IMG/VR virus record: IMGVR_UViG_3300020420_000008
Coordinates: 64,001-128,000 of that record
DNA length: 64,000 nucleotides
Strand: one strand, 5' to 3'
From: a virus
The translations under genes were made by a program, and so were the position numbers. The first letter of the stretch is position 1, and every line of letters starts with the position of its first letter. Shown piece by piece: positions 50,788-59,656 of the stretch. Below the pieces are notes generated by a model. That model searched no databases. It had not been told where the DNA came from and saw nothing but the letters and a program-made list of their open reading frames with translations.

Positions 50788-51013
50788 GAGCGTATTAGAT
50801 ACACTGCGTAAAATTGTAAAAGATAAGCAGGCATCAAAAGTAAAATTTAAAAATGGTAAAATGATGAATATTGATATGACAACTGCAAATATGATAGTGC
50901 AGTCATATGATAAAAGAATTACAAAGCCTGAATTAAAGAAGAAAGTTGAGAAGATGATTGATGGAAGTCCTGAAGGACTTATGAAAGTATTAGATATTAT
51001 GTATAAGAAATAG
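50777..51013 (+). CDS. Putative prohead core protein
   Basis: Basic 78-aa ORF between gp20 and gp21; LSE (gp21-type cleavage motif) at the start. Confidence 0.6.
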   Translation: MLSESVLDTLRKIVKDKQASKVKFKNGKMMNIDMTTANMIVQSYDKRITKPELKKKVEKMIDGSPEGLMKVLDIMYKK

Positions 51014-51022
51014 GGTAAAGAA

Positions 51023-51277
51023 ATGGCAATATCAATAAAGGGAACAGCAACAGCACTTGCTACAGGCACTACAAAGTTTAAAACTGCAACGGCTGTTTAT
51101 CTTTGCGGACATACCTCTGCAACTGAAGTCACATTAAGAAATGAAGATGATGACGCAGATTTAGGTACCATTAAGATACCAGCTAACGGAACTGTCGTAG
51201 TTAATCTAGTAATAGGACAAGGACTCAGAGGTCCAACTACAGTGTTAGGCACACATGTTGCCTCTGGTGGGAGTTAA
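51023..51277 (+). CDS. Small beta-rich hypothetical protein
   Basis: 84 aa; abuts gp21. Confidence 0.65.
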   Translation: MAISIKGTATALATGTTKFKTATAVYLCGHTSATEVTLRNEDDDADLGTIKIPANGTVVVNLVIGQGLRGPTTVLGTHVASGGS

Positions 51278-51279
51278 AG

Positions 51280-51933
51280 ATGGCACTGAAACTCATAACT
51301 GAAACTACAGAAGAAGTAAAATATCTTACTGAAGAAAAAAATGGTAAGAAAGCATTGCATATTGAAGGTATCTTCATGCAAGGTGATATTAAGAATAAGA
51401 ATGGTAGAATGTATCCTAAAGATATACTACTAAAAGAAGTAAATAGATATAACAAAGAATATATTGCTAAGAATAGAGCATATGGAGAATTAGGACATCC
51501 ACAAGGTCCAACTATCAATCTAGAAAGAGTATCGCATATGATAACACAACTAGAACCGGATGGTTCAAACTTTATGGGTAAAGCTAAGATTATGACAGAT
51601 ACACCATATGGTAAAATAGTTGAGTCACTTATAAATGAAGGCGCTCAATTAGGAGTATCAAGTCGTGGTATGGGTAGTCTAAAACAAGTAAATGGTACTA
51701 ACGAGGTGCAGAAAGATTTTTATCTAGCAACTGCCGCCGACATTGTGGCAGATCCGTCAGCACCAAATGCGTTTGTAAATGGCATCATGGAAAGTAAAGA
51801 ATGGGTATGGGATAACGGAATCATTAGAGAAGCCGATATCGCTAGTATGCATAAAGAGGTTAAGACAGCCTCAAAAAGTGAATTAGAGAATGTTAAACTA
51901 AAAGTTTTTGAAAATTTTCTTTCAAAATTATGA
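51280..51933 (+). CDS. gp21: Prohead protease gp21
   Basis: IEGIFMQ..KNKNGRMYP, GELGHP, LGVSSRGMGSL, DIVADPSAPNAFV. Confidence 0.97.
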   Translation: MALKLITETTEEVKYLTEEKNGKKALHIEGIFMQGDIKNKNGRMYPKDILLKEVNRYNKEYIAKNRAYGELGHPQGPTINLERVSHMITQLEPDGSNFMGKAKIMTDTPYGKIVESLINEGAQLGVSSRGMGSLKQVNGTNEVQKDFYLATAADIVADPSAPNAFVNGIMESKEWVWDNGIIREADIASMHKEVKTASKSELENVKLKVFENFLSKL

Positions 51934-51936
51934 TTT

Positions 51937-51944
51937 TATAAATA
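51937..51944 (+). promoter_or_regulatory. T4-type late promoter TATAAATA
   Basis: Upstream of gp22. Confidence 0.88.
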
Positions 51945-51984
51945 GATTGTAAATAACTTAAAATCGATCAAAAGGAGCAAGTAC

Positions 51985-53121
51985 ATGTCCGATCAAGTTC
52001 AAGAAACAAATCTAGAGGAAGATGAAATCCTCGATGATGTAGTTGCTGATCAGGAAGTTGAAGTTGACTTAGATGATAGCATTGATGAGGCGAAAAAAGC
52101 ATCAATGGGCGATCCTTCAGAAATTCCAGATCCAGAAGCTAAAACAAATTCAGGTAAAGAAGCACCAAAAGGTGGAGAACCTATGGTGAAATTACCAAAC
52201 ACAAAAGTTGGTATGATTCAGGCGGCTATGAATCACCTAAAGTCTATGAAAAAAGTTCAGGTTCAAGATATGGTTAATGCTATGATGAAGCCAGAAGGTT
52301 ATGGAAGCATCACAAGCAAAAAGCATAAGTACGGTGAAGAAGTTGAAAATGATTCACCAACATTATCTGAGGTAATAAAAGTATCTAAAGAAGATATTGA
52401 TGTATCTGAAGATATGAAAGCTATGTTTGGTTCTGAAGATTTATCAGAAGACTTCAGAGATAAAGCAACAACTATCTTTGAATCTGCTGTTCTTTCAAAA
52501 GTAAATGAAGTATTAGAGTCTGCTACAATAGACATGAATGCTGAAATTGAAGCTGAAAGAGCAACCGCAAGAGCAGACATGGAAAGTAAGCTTGATGATT
52601 ATCTAGACTACGTTGTAAACGAGTGGGTAAAAGAAAATGAACTAGCTATTGAAAAAGGCATACGTTCAGAAATCGTAGAGAATTTCATGGTAGGACTTAG
52701 AAATCTTTTCACAGAAAACTATATCGACATTCCTGAAGATAAAGTAGATATTGTTGATGAGATGGCAGCCAAAGTCGAAGAGCAAGAACAAGCTGTTAAC
52801 GAAGAAATAGAGAAGAACATTGAACTTAAAAAAGAGTTGAATGCTCTAAAAATGGACAAAGCCTTAGACGAAGTAAGTGAAGGACTCACTGAAACACAAA
52901 AGGAAAAGTTTATATCTTTAGCTGAAGGCGTTGATTATGAAGGTGATGACTACAGCGATAAGTTAAAGACTATAAAAGAGAACTACTTCCCACAAGAAGA
53001 AGTTGTTGAAAATAAAGATGTGTCTGATGAGGAACCTCTAGAAAATTTAGAGGAAGAAACAAAAGTGAACGGCTCTATGGCAAATTATATGAATGCCATA
53101 TCTCGAAGCATCAAAAAGTAG
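51985..53121 (+). CDS. gp22: Prohead core scaffold gp22
   Basis: LSEDFRDKATTIFESAV, LDDYLDYVVNEW..ENELAIE.GI, KLKTIKENYF. Confidence 0.95.
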   Translation: MSDQVQETNLEEDEILDDVVADQEVEVDLDDSIDEAKKASMGDPSEIPDPEAKTNSGKEAPKGGEPMVKLPNTKVGMIQAAMNHLKSMKKVQVQDMVNAMMKPEGYGSITSKKHKYGEEVENDSPTLSEVIKVSKEDIDVSEDMKAMFGSEDLSEDFRDKATTIFESAVLSKVNEVLESATIDMNAEIEAERATARADMESKLDDYLDYVVNEWVKENELAIEKGIRSEIVENFMVGLRNLFTENYIDIPEDKVDIVDEMAAKVEEQEQAVNEEIEKNIELKKELNALKMDKALDEVSEGLTETQKEKFISLAEGVDYEGDDYSDKLKTIKENYFPQEEVVENKDVSDEEPLENLEEETKVNGSMANYMNAISRSIKK

Positions 53122-53126
53122 TAAAT

Positions 53127-53134
53127 TATAAATA
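53127..53134 (+). promoter_or_regulatory. T4-type late promoter TATAAATA
   Basis: Upstream of gp23. Confidence 0.88.
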
Positions 53135-53173
53135 TTGATTAATAGGCTGAAATTAGTTTAAAAGGAGACTAAA

Positions 53174-54562
53174 ATGTATCAATCTGATGAACTTCAAAAG
53201 AAGTGGCAGCCAGTTCTTGAGCATCCTGATTTAGCAGAGATTAAAGATGCACATAAAAGAGCCGTAACTGCAACTCTTCTTGAAAACCAAGAAAGATCCG
53301 CCAGAGAGGAATCTCATGGTACTGGTGGATATCAAGCTCCTTCGCTCTTAGGCGAGGCGGCGCCAACTAACGCAATGGGTGCGTCATCATCAACTGCTAG
53401 TGATGGCTCAATTGACACTTTCGATCCAGTGTTAATCTCGCTCGTAAGACGTTCTATGCCAAATCTAATTGCATATGACATCTGTGGTGTACAACCAATG
53501 AGCGGTCCAACAGGACTTATCTTTGCGATGAGATCCCGACTATCAACACAAGGTGGAACTGAAGCACTGTTCAACGAAACAAACACAGTGTTCTCTGGTT
53601 CGGCGGCAGGAAATAACGCATCACAAGATGTTATAGATGGTGGTTCAACACCTCTACAACAAGCCGGTGCAGATCCAACCGCAAGAGCATCAGGTTCAGG
53701 ATACACCGTTGGTACTGGTATGACAACTGCACAGGCTGAAGCACTAGGTGATGGTGCGTCAAATGCTTTCCAAGAAATGGCTTTCTCAATTGAGAAAATC
53801 TCAGTGACTGCTGTTTCAAGAGCATTAAAAGCTGAGTACACAATGGAATTAGCACAAGACTTGAAAGCAATTCATGGACTTGATGCTGAAACCGAATTGT
53901 CAAACATACTATCTGCTGAAATCTTAGCTGAAATCAACAGAGAAGTTGTGAGAACAATTAACTACACAGCTACAGCTGGTTCACAAAATAACGTGACAAC
54001 CGCAGGTACTTTTGACTTAGACACAGACTCAAACGGACGTTGGAGTGTAGAAAAGTTCAAAGGTTTAATGTTTAACATCGAAAGAGATGCTAACGAAATC
54101 GCAAAAGCTACCAGACGAGGGAAAGGTAACATGATGATCTGCTCATCAGATGTTGCTTCTGCTCTTCAAATGGCTGGTGTTCTCGACTATACACCTGCTC
54201 TTAACAACAATCTACAAGTAGATGACACAGGTAACACCTTTGCTGGTGTTCTTAATGGAAGAATTAAGGTGTATATCGATCCTTATTTCTCACCTGCAAA
54301 CTCCGGTGCATCTGCTGAGAACTACTACACATTAGGCTATAAAGGTTCAAGTGCATTTGATGCTGGACTTTTCTACTGCCCATATGTACCTCTACAGATG
54401 GTAAGAGCAATTGGAGAGAATACTTTCCAACCAAAAATCGGCTTCAAAACTAGATATGGAATGGTAGCAAACCCATTCGCAACATCTAATGCCGATGGTG
54501 CAATAGCTTTTGCTAAGAAGAACATCTACTACAGATTGTCTAAAGTAGCAAACTTAATGTAA
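53174..54562 (+). CDS. gp23: Major capsid protein gp23
   Basis: KWQPVLEH, GVQPMSGPTGLIFAMR, SRALKAEYTMELAQDLKAIHGLDAE, FQPKIGFKTRYG. Confidence 0.99.
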   Translation: MYQSDELQKKWQPVLEHPDLAEIKDAHKRAVTATLLENQERSAREESHGTGGYQAPSLLGEAAPTNAMGASSSTASDGSIDTFDPVLISLVRRSMPNLIAYDICGVQPMSGPTGLIFAMRSRLSTQGGTEALFNETNTVFSGSAAGNNASQDVIDGGSTPLQQAGADPTARASGSGYTVGTGMTTAQAEALGDGASNAFQEMAFSIEKISVTAVSRALKAEYTMELAQDLKAIHGLDAETELSNILSAEILAEINREVVRTINYTATAGSQNNVTTAGTFDLDTDSNGRWSVEKFKGLMFNIERDANEIAKATRRGKGNMMICSSDVASALQMAGVLDYTPALNNNLQVDDTGNTFAGVLNGRIKVYIDPYFSPANSGASAENYYTLGYKGSSAFDAGLFYCPYVPLQMVRAIGENTFQPKIGFKTRYGMVANPFATSNADGAIAFAKKNIYYRLSKVANLM

Positions 54563-54586
54563 TTAGTTTACAAGTTTACGTAAAAC

Positions 54587-54613
54587 AAAAAGGGCGTTTC
54601 GGCGCCCTTTTTT
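54587..54613 (+). terminator. Intrinsic terminator after gp23 with a UUCG loop; potentially bidirectional
   Basis: AAAAAGGGCGT-TTCG-GCGCCCTTTTTT. Confidence 0.92.
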
Positions 54614-54621
54614 ATTGTTCT

Positions 54622-54629
54622 TATAAATA
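54622..54629 (+). promoter_or_regulatory. T4-type late promoter TATAAATA
   Basis: After the gp23 terminator; upstream of gp3. Confidence 0.88.
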
Positions 54630-54649
54630 GTGGATAAGGAGTATTAGAT

Positions 54650-55186
54650 ATGAGTTCACTACAAAGAACAATGCCTGAGAATTTAAGTTTTCTCTCACCT
54701 ACAGGTTTTAAATTTGCAATACAGAAGTTACCTCATGTAAACTATTTCTGCACTAGTGCAGATATTCCTGATATAACTTTAGGACAAGTTGATCAAGAAA
54801 ACTTATTCATAAGAATACCTGTACCAGGAGATAAACTAGCATTCTCACCTTTAAACTTATCGTTTGCTATAGATGAAGATATGAAGAACTTCAAAGAGAT
54901 ATACGATTGGTTAATAGGTTTAGGTTATCCAGATAACTTTGAACAAAGAGCAAATCTACAAAGTGCCTTACAACAAAGAAACGAAAGATCAGGTTTAGTA
55001 TATTCTGATGGTAGTTTAATTATTACAACTGCACAATATCAACCAAATATATTAATAAACTTCATAGACTTATATCCCATAAGTATAGGTGGTTTAGAAT
55101 TTAGTACTCAAAGTACCGATATCGAATATTTGCAAGGCTCCGTTTCATTCAATTATAGAAAGTATACGATTGACTTTATAAAATAA
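54650..55186 (+). CDS. gp3: Tail tube terminator/completion protein gp3
   Basis: FLSPTGFKF..LPHVNYFC..IP.I.LG, PGDKLAF, F.IDEDMKNFKEIYDW. Confidence 0.92.
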   Translation: MSSLQRTMPENLSFLSPTGFKFAIQKLPHVNYFCTSADIPDITLGQVDQENLFIRIPVPGDKLAFSPLNLSFAIDEDMKNFKEIYDWLIGLGYPDNFEQRANLQSALQQRNERSGLVYSDGSLIITTAQYQPNILINFIDLYPISIGGLEFSTQSTDIEYLQGSVSFNYRKYTIDFIK

Positions 55187-55198
55187 ATATGTTATAGT
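55170..55198 (+). promoter_or_regulatory. Sigma70-like (early/middle) promoter at the start of the recombination module
   Basis: TTGACT, 17 bp, TATAGT with TGn extension; at the boundary between structural genes and the uvsY block. Confidence 0.7.
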
Positions 55199-55204
55199 GA
55201 TAGT

Positions 55205-55438
55205 ATGATTGTAAAAAATGATAAGTATATACTTGATCTACAAGGCTCTTTAGGCACTGTCTATGGAGAAGGTAAGTTATTGTTCAAAGGTTTCAGTGGT
55301 ACTGCAATCAAAGAATATATAAGATACGTCCCCGAACATCGACATAAATTTAGAGGTGTCAAAGAGCATCAACGTAAATTGGAGCTTGCTAAAGACTATG
55401 AGCAAGCTAAACTTAAAGCAAGGGAAAATAATAAATGA
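55205..55438 (+). CDS. Hypothetical protein
   Basis: 77 aa; ATG only 6 nt after a sigma70-like -10 box, so possibly leaderless. Confidence 0.6.
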   Translation: MIVKNDKYILDLQGSLGTVYGEGKLLFKGFSGTAIKEYIRYVPEHRHKFRGVKEHQRKLELAKDYEQAKLKARENNK

Positions 55439-55689
55439 ATTGGTTAGTAGTAGTGATATTCTCAGGCGTTGTCGGAGGATATCAAGATTTATATATTTTA
55501 CAGAAACCTTCTTTCGTTTCAAGAGAAGAATGTAGAACAAAATTAAGCACAGAAGAACTCAAAGTTGCACTCACAAAGCAACTAACAAAAGAGTATCCAG
55601 CTTATAAGCCTATCGAAAGAATAGTTTGTGCAACAGAGAAACAAATACAACAAGTATTAAATGATAGTTATGGTAAAAGAGATACATGA
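55435..55689 (+). CDS. Hypothetical protein with hydrophobic N-terminus and two Cys
   Basis: MNWLVVVIFS; overlapping start/stop coupling on both sides. Confidence 0.65.
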   Translation: MNWLVVVIFSGVVGGYQDLYILQKPSFVSREECRTKLSTEELKVALTKQLTKEYPAYKPIERIVCATEKQIQQVLNDSYGKRDT

Positions 55690-56117
55690 AAATAGAAGAT
55701 ATTATGGAGATGTGGACTAAAGATAGTTCCATCGATGAAACCGAATTAGCTACTGAAAGTTCTAACATACCTGTACTTCACAACAAATATCTAAAAATAT
55801 TCATGGCAGAGCGTATAAAACTATTTTCTGCGAAAGCTGAACTTAAAAAGAAACGTAGAGTTTTACTTGAATATTATCTTGGTGAACTTGATCAAGAAGA
55901 ACTTAAAGAACTTGGTAGAGAACCTTTCTATAAGAAACTATTAAAGAACGAAGTTGATTTATATATCGATAGTGATAACTCATTGACAGAGCAAAGTTTG
56001 CGAGTGTCGGTACAAGAAGAAAAGGTGAACTATTTAGAAGCTGTTTTACGACAAATAAATAACAGAGGATTTCAAATAAAAAATGCAATCGACTGGAACA
56101 GATTCATTACAGGATAG
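55686..56117 (+). CDS. uvsY: Recombination mediator UvsY
   Basis: W.KDS.ID..EL..ES..IP.LHNKYL; INNRGFQIKNAIDW. Confidence 0.92.
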   Translation: MKIEDIMEMWTKDSSIDETELATESSNIPVLHNKYLKIFMAERIKLFSAKAELKKKRRVLLEYYLGELDQEELKELGREPFYKKLLKNEVDLYIDSDNSLTEQSLRVSVQEEKVNYLEAVLRQINNRGFQIKNAIDWNRFITG

Positions 56118-56180
56118 AGAAGAAGTAGTAACTAAACTGAAATTGAGAATAGCTAAATTTAAAAAAGATCATGCTGAAAT

Positions 56181-57731
56181 ATGGAACAAGAAGTACGACT
56201 ATCCAGAAGTGAGAGTAGTAGAAGAGACTCAATCAGAGTCAGAAAATACAACTCCGTCTATATACAAGTTGATGCTGAAAAATCAACTTGCAGAGAAATA
56301 AGTGAGTACTTTACATTTGATGTTCCTGGTGCATCATTTATGCCAGCATATCGCAATCGCTATTGGGACGGTAAAATTAGATTATTCAATCTTAATACAA
56401 AGCTTATCTATAGCGGACTTATATATCACATAAAACTATTTGCAGAACAGCGTGACTATGATTTATTTTTAGAAGATAATCTAGATTCTGTTCATGATAT
56501 ATCTATACCTCAATTGAAATCCTTTACTAAAGATTATAAAATAAAACCTTACGACTATCAGCTTGGCGCTTTCGCTCATGCTTTAAGAACAGAAAGAGCG
56601 TTAATACTTTCACCAACTGCAAGTGGTAAATCATTAATTATATTCATGTTATGTGATTATCTGAAAGGTAGAAAGCTTATCATCGTTCCTACCACTTCAT
56701 TAGTATTTCAGTTAGATAAAGATTTCGAATCATATTATACTAACAGGATTTATTCTACACACTTAATCATGTCCGGACAAGACAAAAATGCAGATGCAGA
56801 CATTTTTATTTCTACATGGCAATCTATTTACAAACAACCAAAGAAATGGTTCGATCAGTTCGATGTTGTGATAGGTGATGAAGCACATCTATTCAAAGCT
56901 AATTCTCTTACGAAGATAATGACTAAATTAGAAAACTGTAATTATAGATATGGTTTTACAGGTACACTAGATGATACACAAACTCATAGATTGGTTTTAG
57001 AAGGTTTATTTGGTTCTGTTATGAAAGCTATTTCTACGAAAGAACTTATAGATACTGATAGAATAGCTGATTTGAGAATAAAAGCATTAGTTCTAAAATA
57101 TCCTGAAAATGTTCGTAAGATGATGGCTAAACAAAAATATGATGTAGAGATGAAATTTATTGCTAGTTGGGAACCTAGAAATAATTTCATAAAGAACTTA
57201 GCAATAAGTAGAAAAGGTAATACACTATTGCTATTTCAATATGTAGAAAAGCATGGAAAGGTGTTGTATAATCTCATAAATAGTGCAGTATCAGACAGAA
57301 AAGTATTTTTTATTCATGGAGGTGTTGATGCTGAGGAAAGAGAAGAAGCAAGAGAGATTACAGAAAAAGAGAGTGATGCCATTATCATTGCTAGTTATGG
57401 AACTTTCTCAACTGGTATCAACATACGAAACTTACATAATATTATTTTTGCTTCTCCTAGTAAGTCCCGTATAAGAAACTTACAATCTATAGGAAGAGGT
57501 TTACGTAAAGGCGACAAAAAGAGTGTAGCCACTCTTTATGATATATCTGATGATTTGACTTACAAATCTTGGAATAATTTTACACTTAAACACTTTGCTG
57601 TAAGAGTAAAGATTTATAATGAAGAAGAGTTTGATTATAAGATATACAATATAAGGTTAAAAGATGATAGTAATAATAAAACTAACGAGCGGAGAAACAA
57701 TATTAGCGAGGCAGTTCTACCGATCCAATGA
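56181..57731 (+). CDS. uvsW: UvsW helicase
   Basis: WDGKIRLF, SPTASGKS, DEAH, GFTGT, ASYGTFSTGINI, LQSIGRGLR. Confidence 0.96.
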   Translation: MEQEVRLSRSESSRRDSIRVRKYNSVYIQVDAEKSTCREISEYFTFDVPGASFMPAYRNRYWDGKIRLFNLNTKLIYSGLIYHIKLFAEQRDYDLFLEDNLDSVHDISIPQLKSFTKDYKIKPYDYQLGAFAHALRTERALILSPTASGKSLIIFMLCDYLKGRKLIIVPTTSLVFQLDKDFESYYTNRIYSTHLIMSGQDKNADADIFISTWQSIYKQPKKWFDQFDVVIGDEAHLFKANSLTKIMTKLENCNYRYGFTGTLDDTQTHRLVLEGLFGSVMKAISTKELIDTDRIADLRIKALVLKYPENVRKMMAKQKYDVEMKFIASWEPRNNFIKNLAISRKGNTLLLFQYVEKHGKVLYNLINSAVSDRKVFFIHGGVDAEEREEAREITEKESDAIIIASYGTFSTGINIRNLHNIIFASPSKSRIRNLQSIGRGLRKGDKKSVATLYDISDDLTYKSWNNFTLKHFAVRVKIYNEEEFDYKIYNIRLKDDSNNKTNERRNNISEAVLPIQ

Positions 57732-58035
57732 CAAAATAACTGTTATTGATCCTTTGAAGATGGAGTTTGTTACTGATATGGGTATGCCTGCTATGCATTC
57801 AACTTTTTGGATACCTTTGTCGAAAGAAGAAATTAGCATTGACATAGACATGTCACATGTGATAATATGTACGGAAGCACCTACAGATTTATCGCAGTTT
57901 TATACTAACTCTATGATTAAAATAAAACAAGGCGATACTGAAGAAAGTAAAAAACTTATTGAGGAGAAAGTTAAGAATGCTATTAAACAATTCACAAAGC
58001 ATACATCTAATACAAGTAGTTGGACAATGCACTGA
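57664..58035 (+). CDS. Hypothetical protein upstream of gp55
   Basis: IIKLTSGETILA start; overlaps the uvsW 3' end and is TGATG-coupled to gp55. Confidence 0.7.
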   Translation: MIVIIKLTSGETILARQFYRSNDKITVIDPLKMEFVTDMGMPAMHSTFWIPLSKEEISIDIDMSHVIICTEAPTDLSQFYTNSMIKIKQGDTEESKKLIEEKVKNAIKQFTKHTSNTSSWTMH

Positions 58036-58598
58036 TGGTTAAAGCTAAAAGACAAAAACATAATTATGTTGACAATAAAAAATTTTTAGCTGAGATGATA
58101 ACATATAGAAGATCAGTTACACAAGCAACTGACTTTGGTGTAGAACGTCCTAGAGTACCTTTTTATATTGGTGATTGTATCATGAAAATTGCTACACACT
58201 TATCATACAAACCTAATTTTATAAACTACACATTTAGAGAAGAGATGATATCAGATGGCGTAGAAAATTGCTTACAGTATATTGATAACTTTGATCCTGA
58301 AAAGTCTAAGAATCCTTTCGCATATTTTACACAGATTATATATTTTGCATTTCTAAGACGAATACAGAAAGAAAAGAAATATCTATATACAAAATATAAA
58401 GCATCAGAAAACACAAATTTGTTTGGAGAAACTTCAGAAAACTCTGGAGAGAACGGCAGAAATTATAATGATAAAATTAAATATAATGAGTGGAGTGAAG
58501 AATATATGAATGATTTTATAGAAAACTTTGAGGAAAATAAAAGAAAGAAAAAGAGAAAAATTATCGCACCTTTAGATAAGTTTATGGCTGAGCAATGA
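58035..58598 (+). CDS. gp55: Late-transcription sigma factor gp55
   Basis: NYVDNKKFL, IATHLSYKPNFINYT, EMISDGVENC, NPFAYFTQIIYFAFLRRIQKEKK; ATG at 58035. Confidence 0.97.
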   Translation: MVKAKRQKHNYVDNKKFLAEMITYRRSVTQATDFGVERPRVPFYIGDCIMKIATHLSYKPNFINYTFREEMISDGVENCLQYIDNFDPEKSKNPFAYFTQIIYFAFLRRIQKEKKYLYTKYKASENTNLFGETSENSGENGRNYNDKIKYNEWSEEYMNDFIENFEENKRKKKRKIIAPLDKFMAEQ

Positions 58599-59656
58599 GA
58601 ATAGCTATCATTAATGACACTCACTGGGGTGCTAGAAATGATTCACAACAATTCTTAGATTATTTCAAAAAGTTTATAGATAATATATTTCTACCTTACA
58701 TAGATGAAAACAAAATAGATACTGTCATACATCTTGGTGATATCGTAGATAGACGTAAGTACATAAACTATGTCACACTTAGACATCTAAAAGATAATCT
58801 GATACAGCCGTTGTTAGATAGAAAAGTGAACCTAAATGTTATCATTGGTAATCATGATGTACCCTACAAGAATACTAATGAAATAAACTCTATGGCAGAA
58901 TTGTTCGATAAGCATAGTGTAAAATATTATTCAGAACCTGAAGTCGTAACATTTGATGGTACTGATATACTACTTGTGCCTTGGATAAACACATCTAATT
59001 ATGCGAACTCTATGGATATGATAAAGAATACAAAAGCACAGATTTGTATGGGACATCTAGAGATAGCAGGTTGTACTCTCATGAGAGGTATAACTTCCGA
59101 TCATGGTATTAGTATAGATACTTTCAAACATTTTGACACAGTACTTTCAGGACACTTTCATACAAAATCTACAAGTAATAATGTGCATTATCTTGGTACA
59201 CAATATGAACTGACTTGGACAGATTACCAAGATCCTAAAGGCTTTCATGTGTTTGACACAAACACTAGAGAGATAGAGATGGTACGAAATCCATATCGTA
59301 TGTTTCATAAAGTATTCTATGATGATGTAAAGAATACTTCAGAAGAGATACTACACAAAGATTACTCCATGTTTGGTAACACATATGTCAAAGTGATTAC
59401 ACAAGAAAAAGAAAATCCATATACATTTGATTTGTTCATGGACAAACTCTATCAAGAAAATCCTATCGCAGTACAGATTGTAGATGATCACTTGAACTTA
59501 CATTTAGAAGGTGATGACGATTTAATCAATCAAACTCAAGATACTGTGACTATATTATCTAACTACATTGAGAACATGGAGACTAATGTACCAAAGAAAA
59601 GACTCGACAACTTAATGAGAACCTTGTATAATGAAGCTTTATATATGGAAGTGTAA
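58595..59656 (+). CDS. gp47: Recombination nuclease gp47 (Mre11/SbcD-like)
   Basis: DTHWG, HLGD..DRRK, GNHD, GHLE, SGHFH. Confidence 0.96.
   Translation: MRIAIINDTHWGARNDSQQFLDYFKKFIDNIFLPYIDENKIDTVIHLGDIVDRRKYINYVTLRHLKDNLIQPLLDRKVNLNVIIGNHDVPYKNTNEINSMAELFDKHSVKYYSEPEVVTFDGTDILLVPWINTSNYANSMDMIKNTKAQICMGHLEIAGCTLMRGITSDHGISIDTFKHFDTVLSGHFHTKSTSNNVHYLGTQYELTWTDYQDPKGFHVFDTNTREIEMVRNPYRMFHKVFYDDVKNTSEEILHKDYSMFGNTYVKVITQEKENPYTFDLFMDKLYQENPIAVQIVDDHLNLHLEGDDDLINQTQDTVTILSNYIENMETNVPKKRLDNLMRTLYNEALYMEV

Noticed and set aside
4142-53610. GCCGCC/GGCGGC as a Chi-like or protein-binding over-represented motif
   Set aside because: Most occurrences are in-frame Ala-Ala codon pairs on either strand orientation, and they are mirrored by the absence of GCWGC. 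Avoidance explains this better than selection for the motif.
56115-56183. Stop-codon readthrough fusing uvsY to uvsW (same frame)
   Set aside because: A second in-frame stop (TAA) follows five sense codons after the uvsY TAG.
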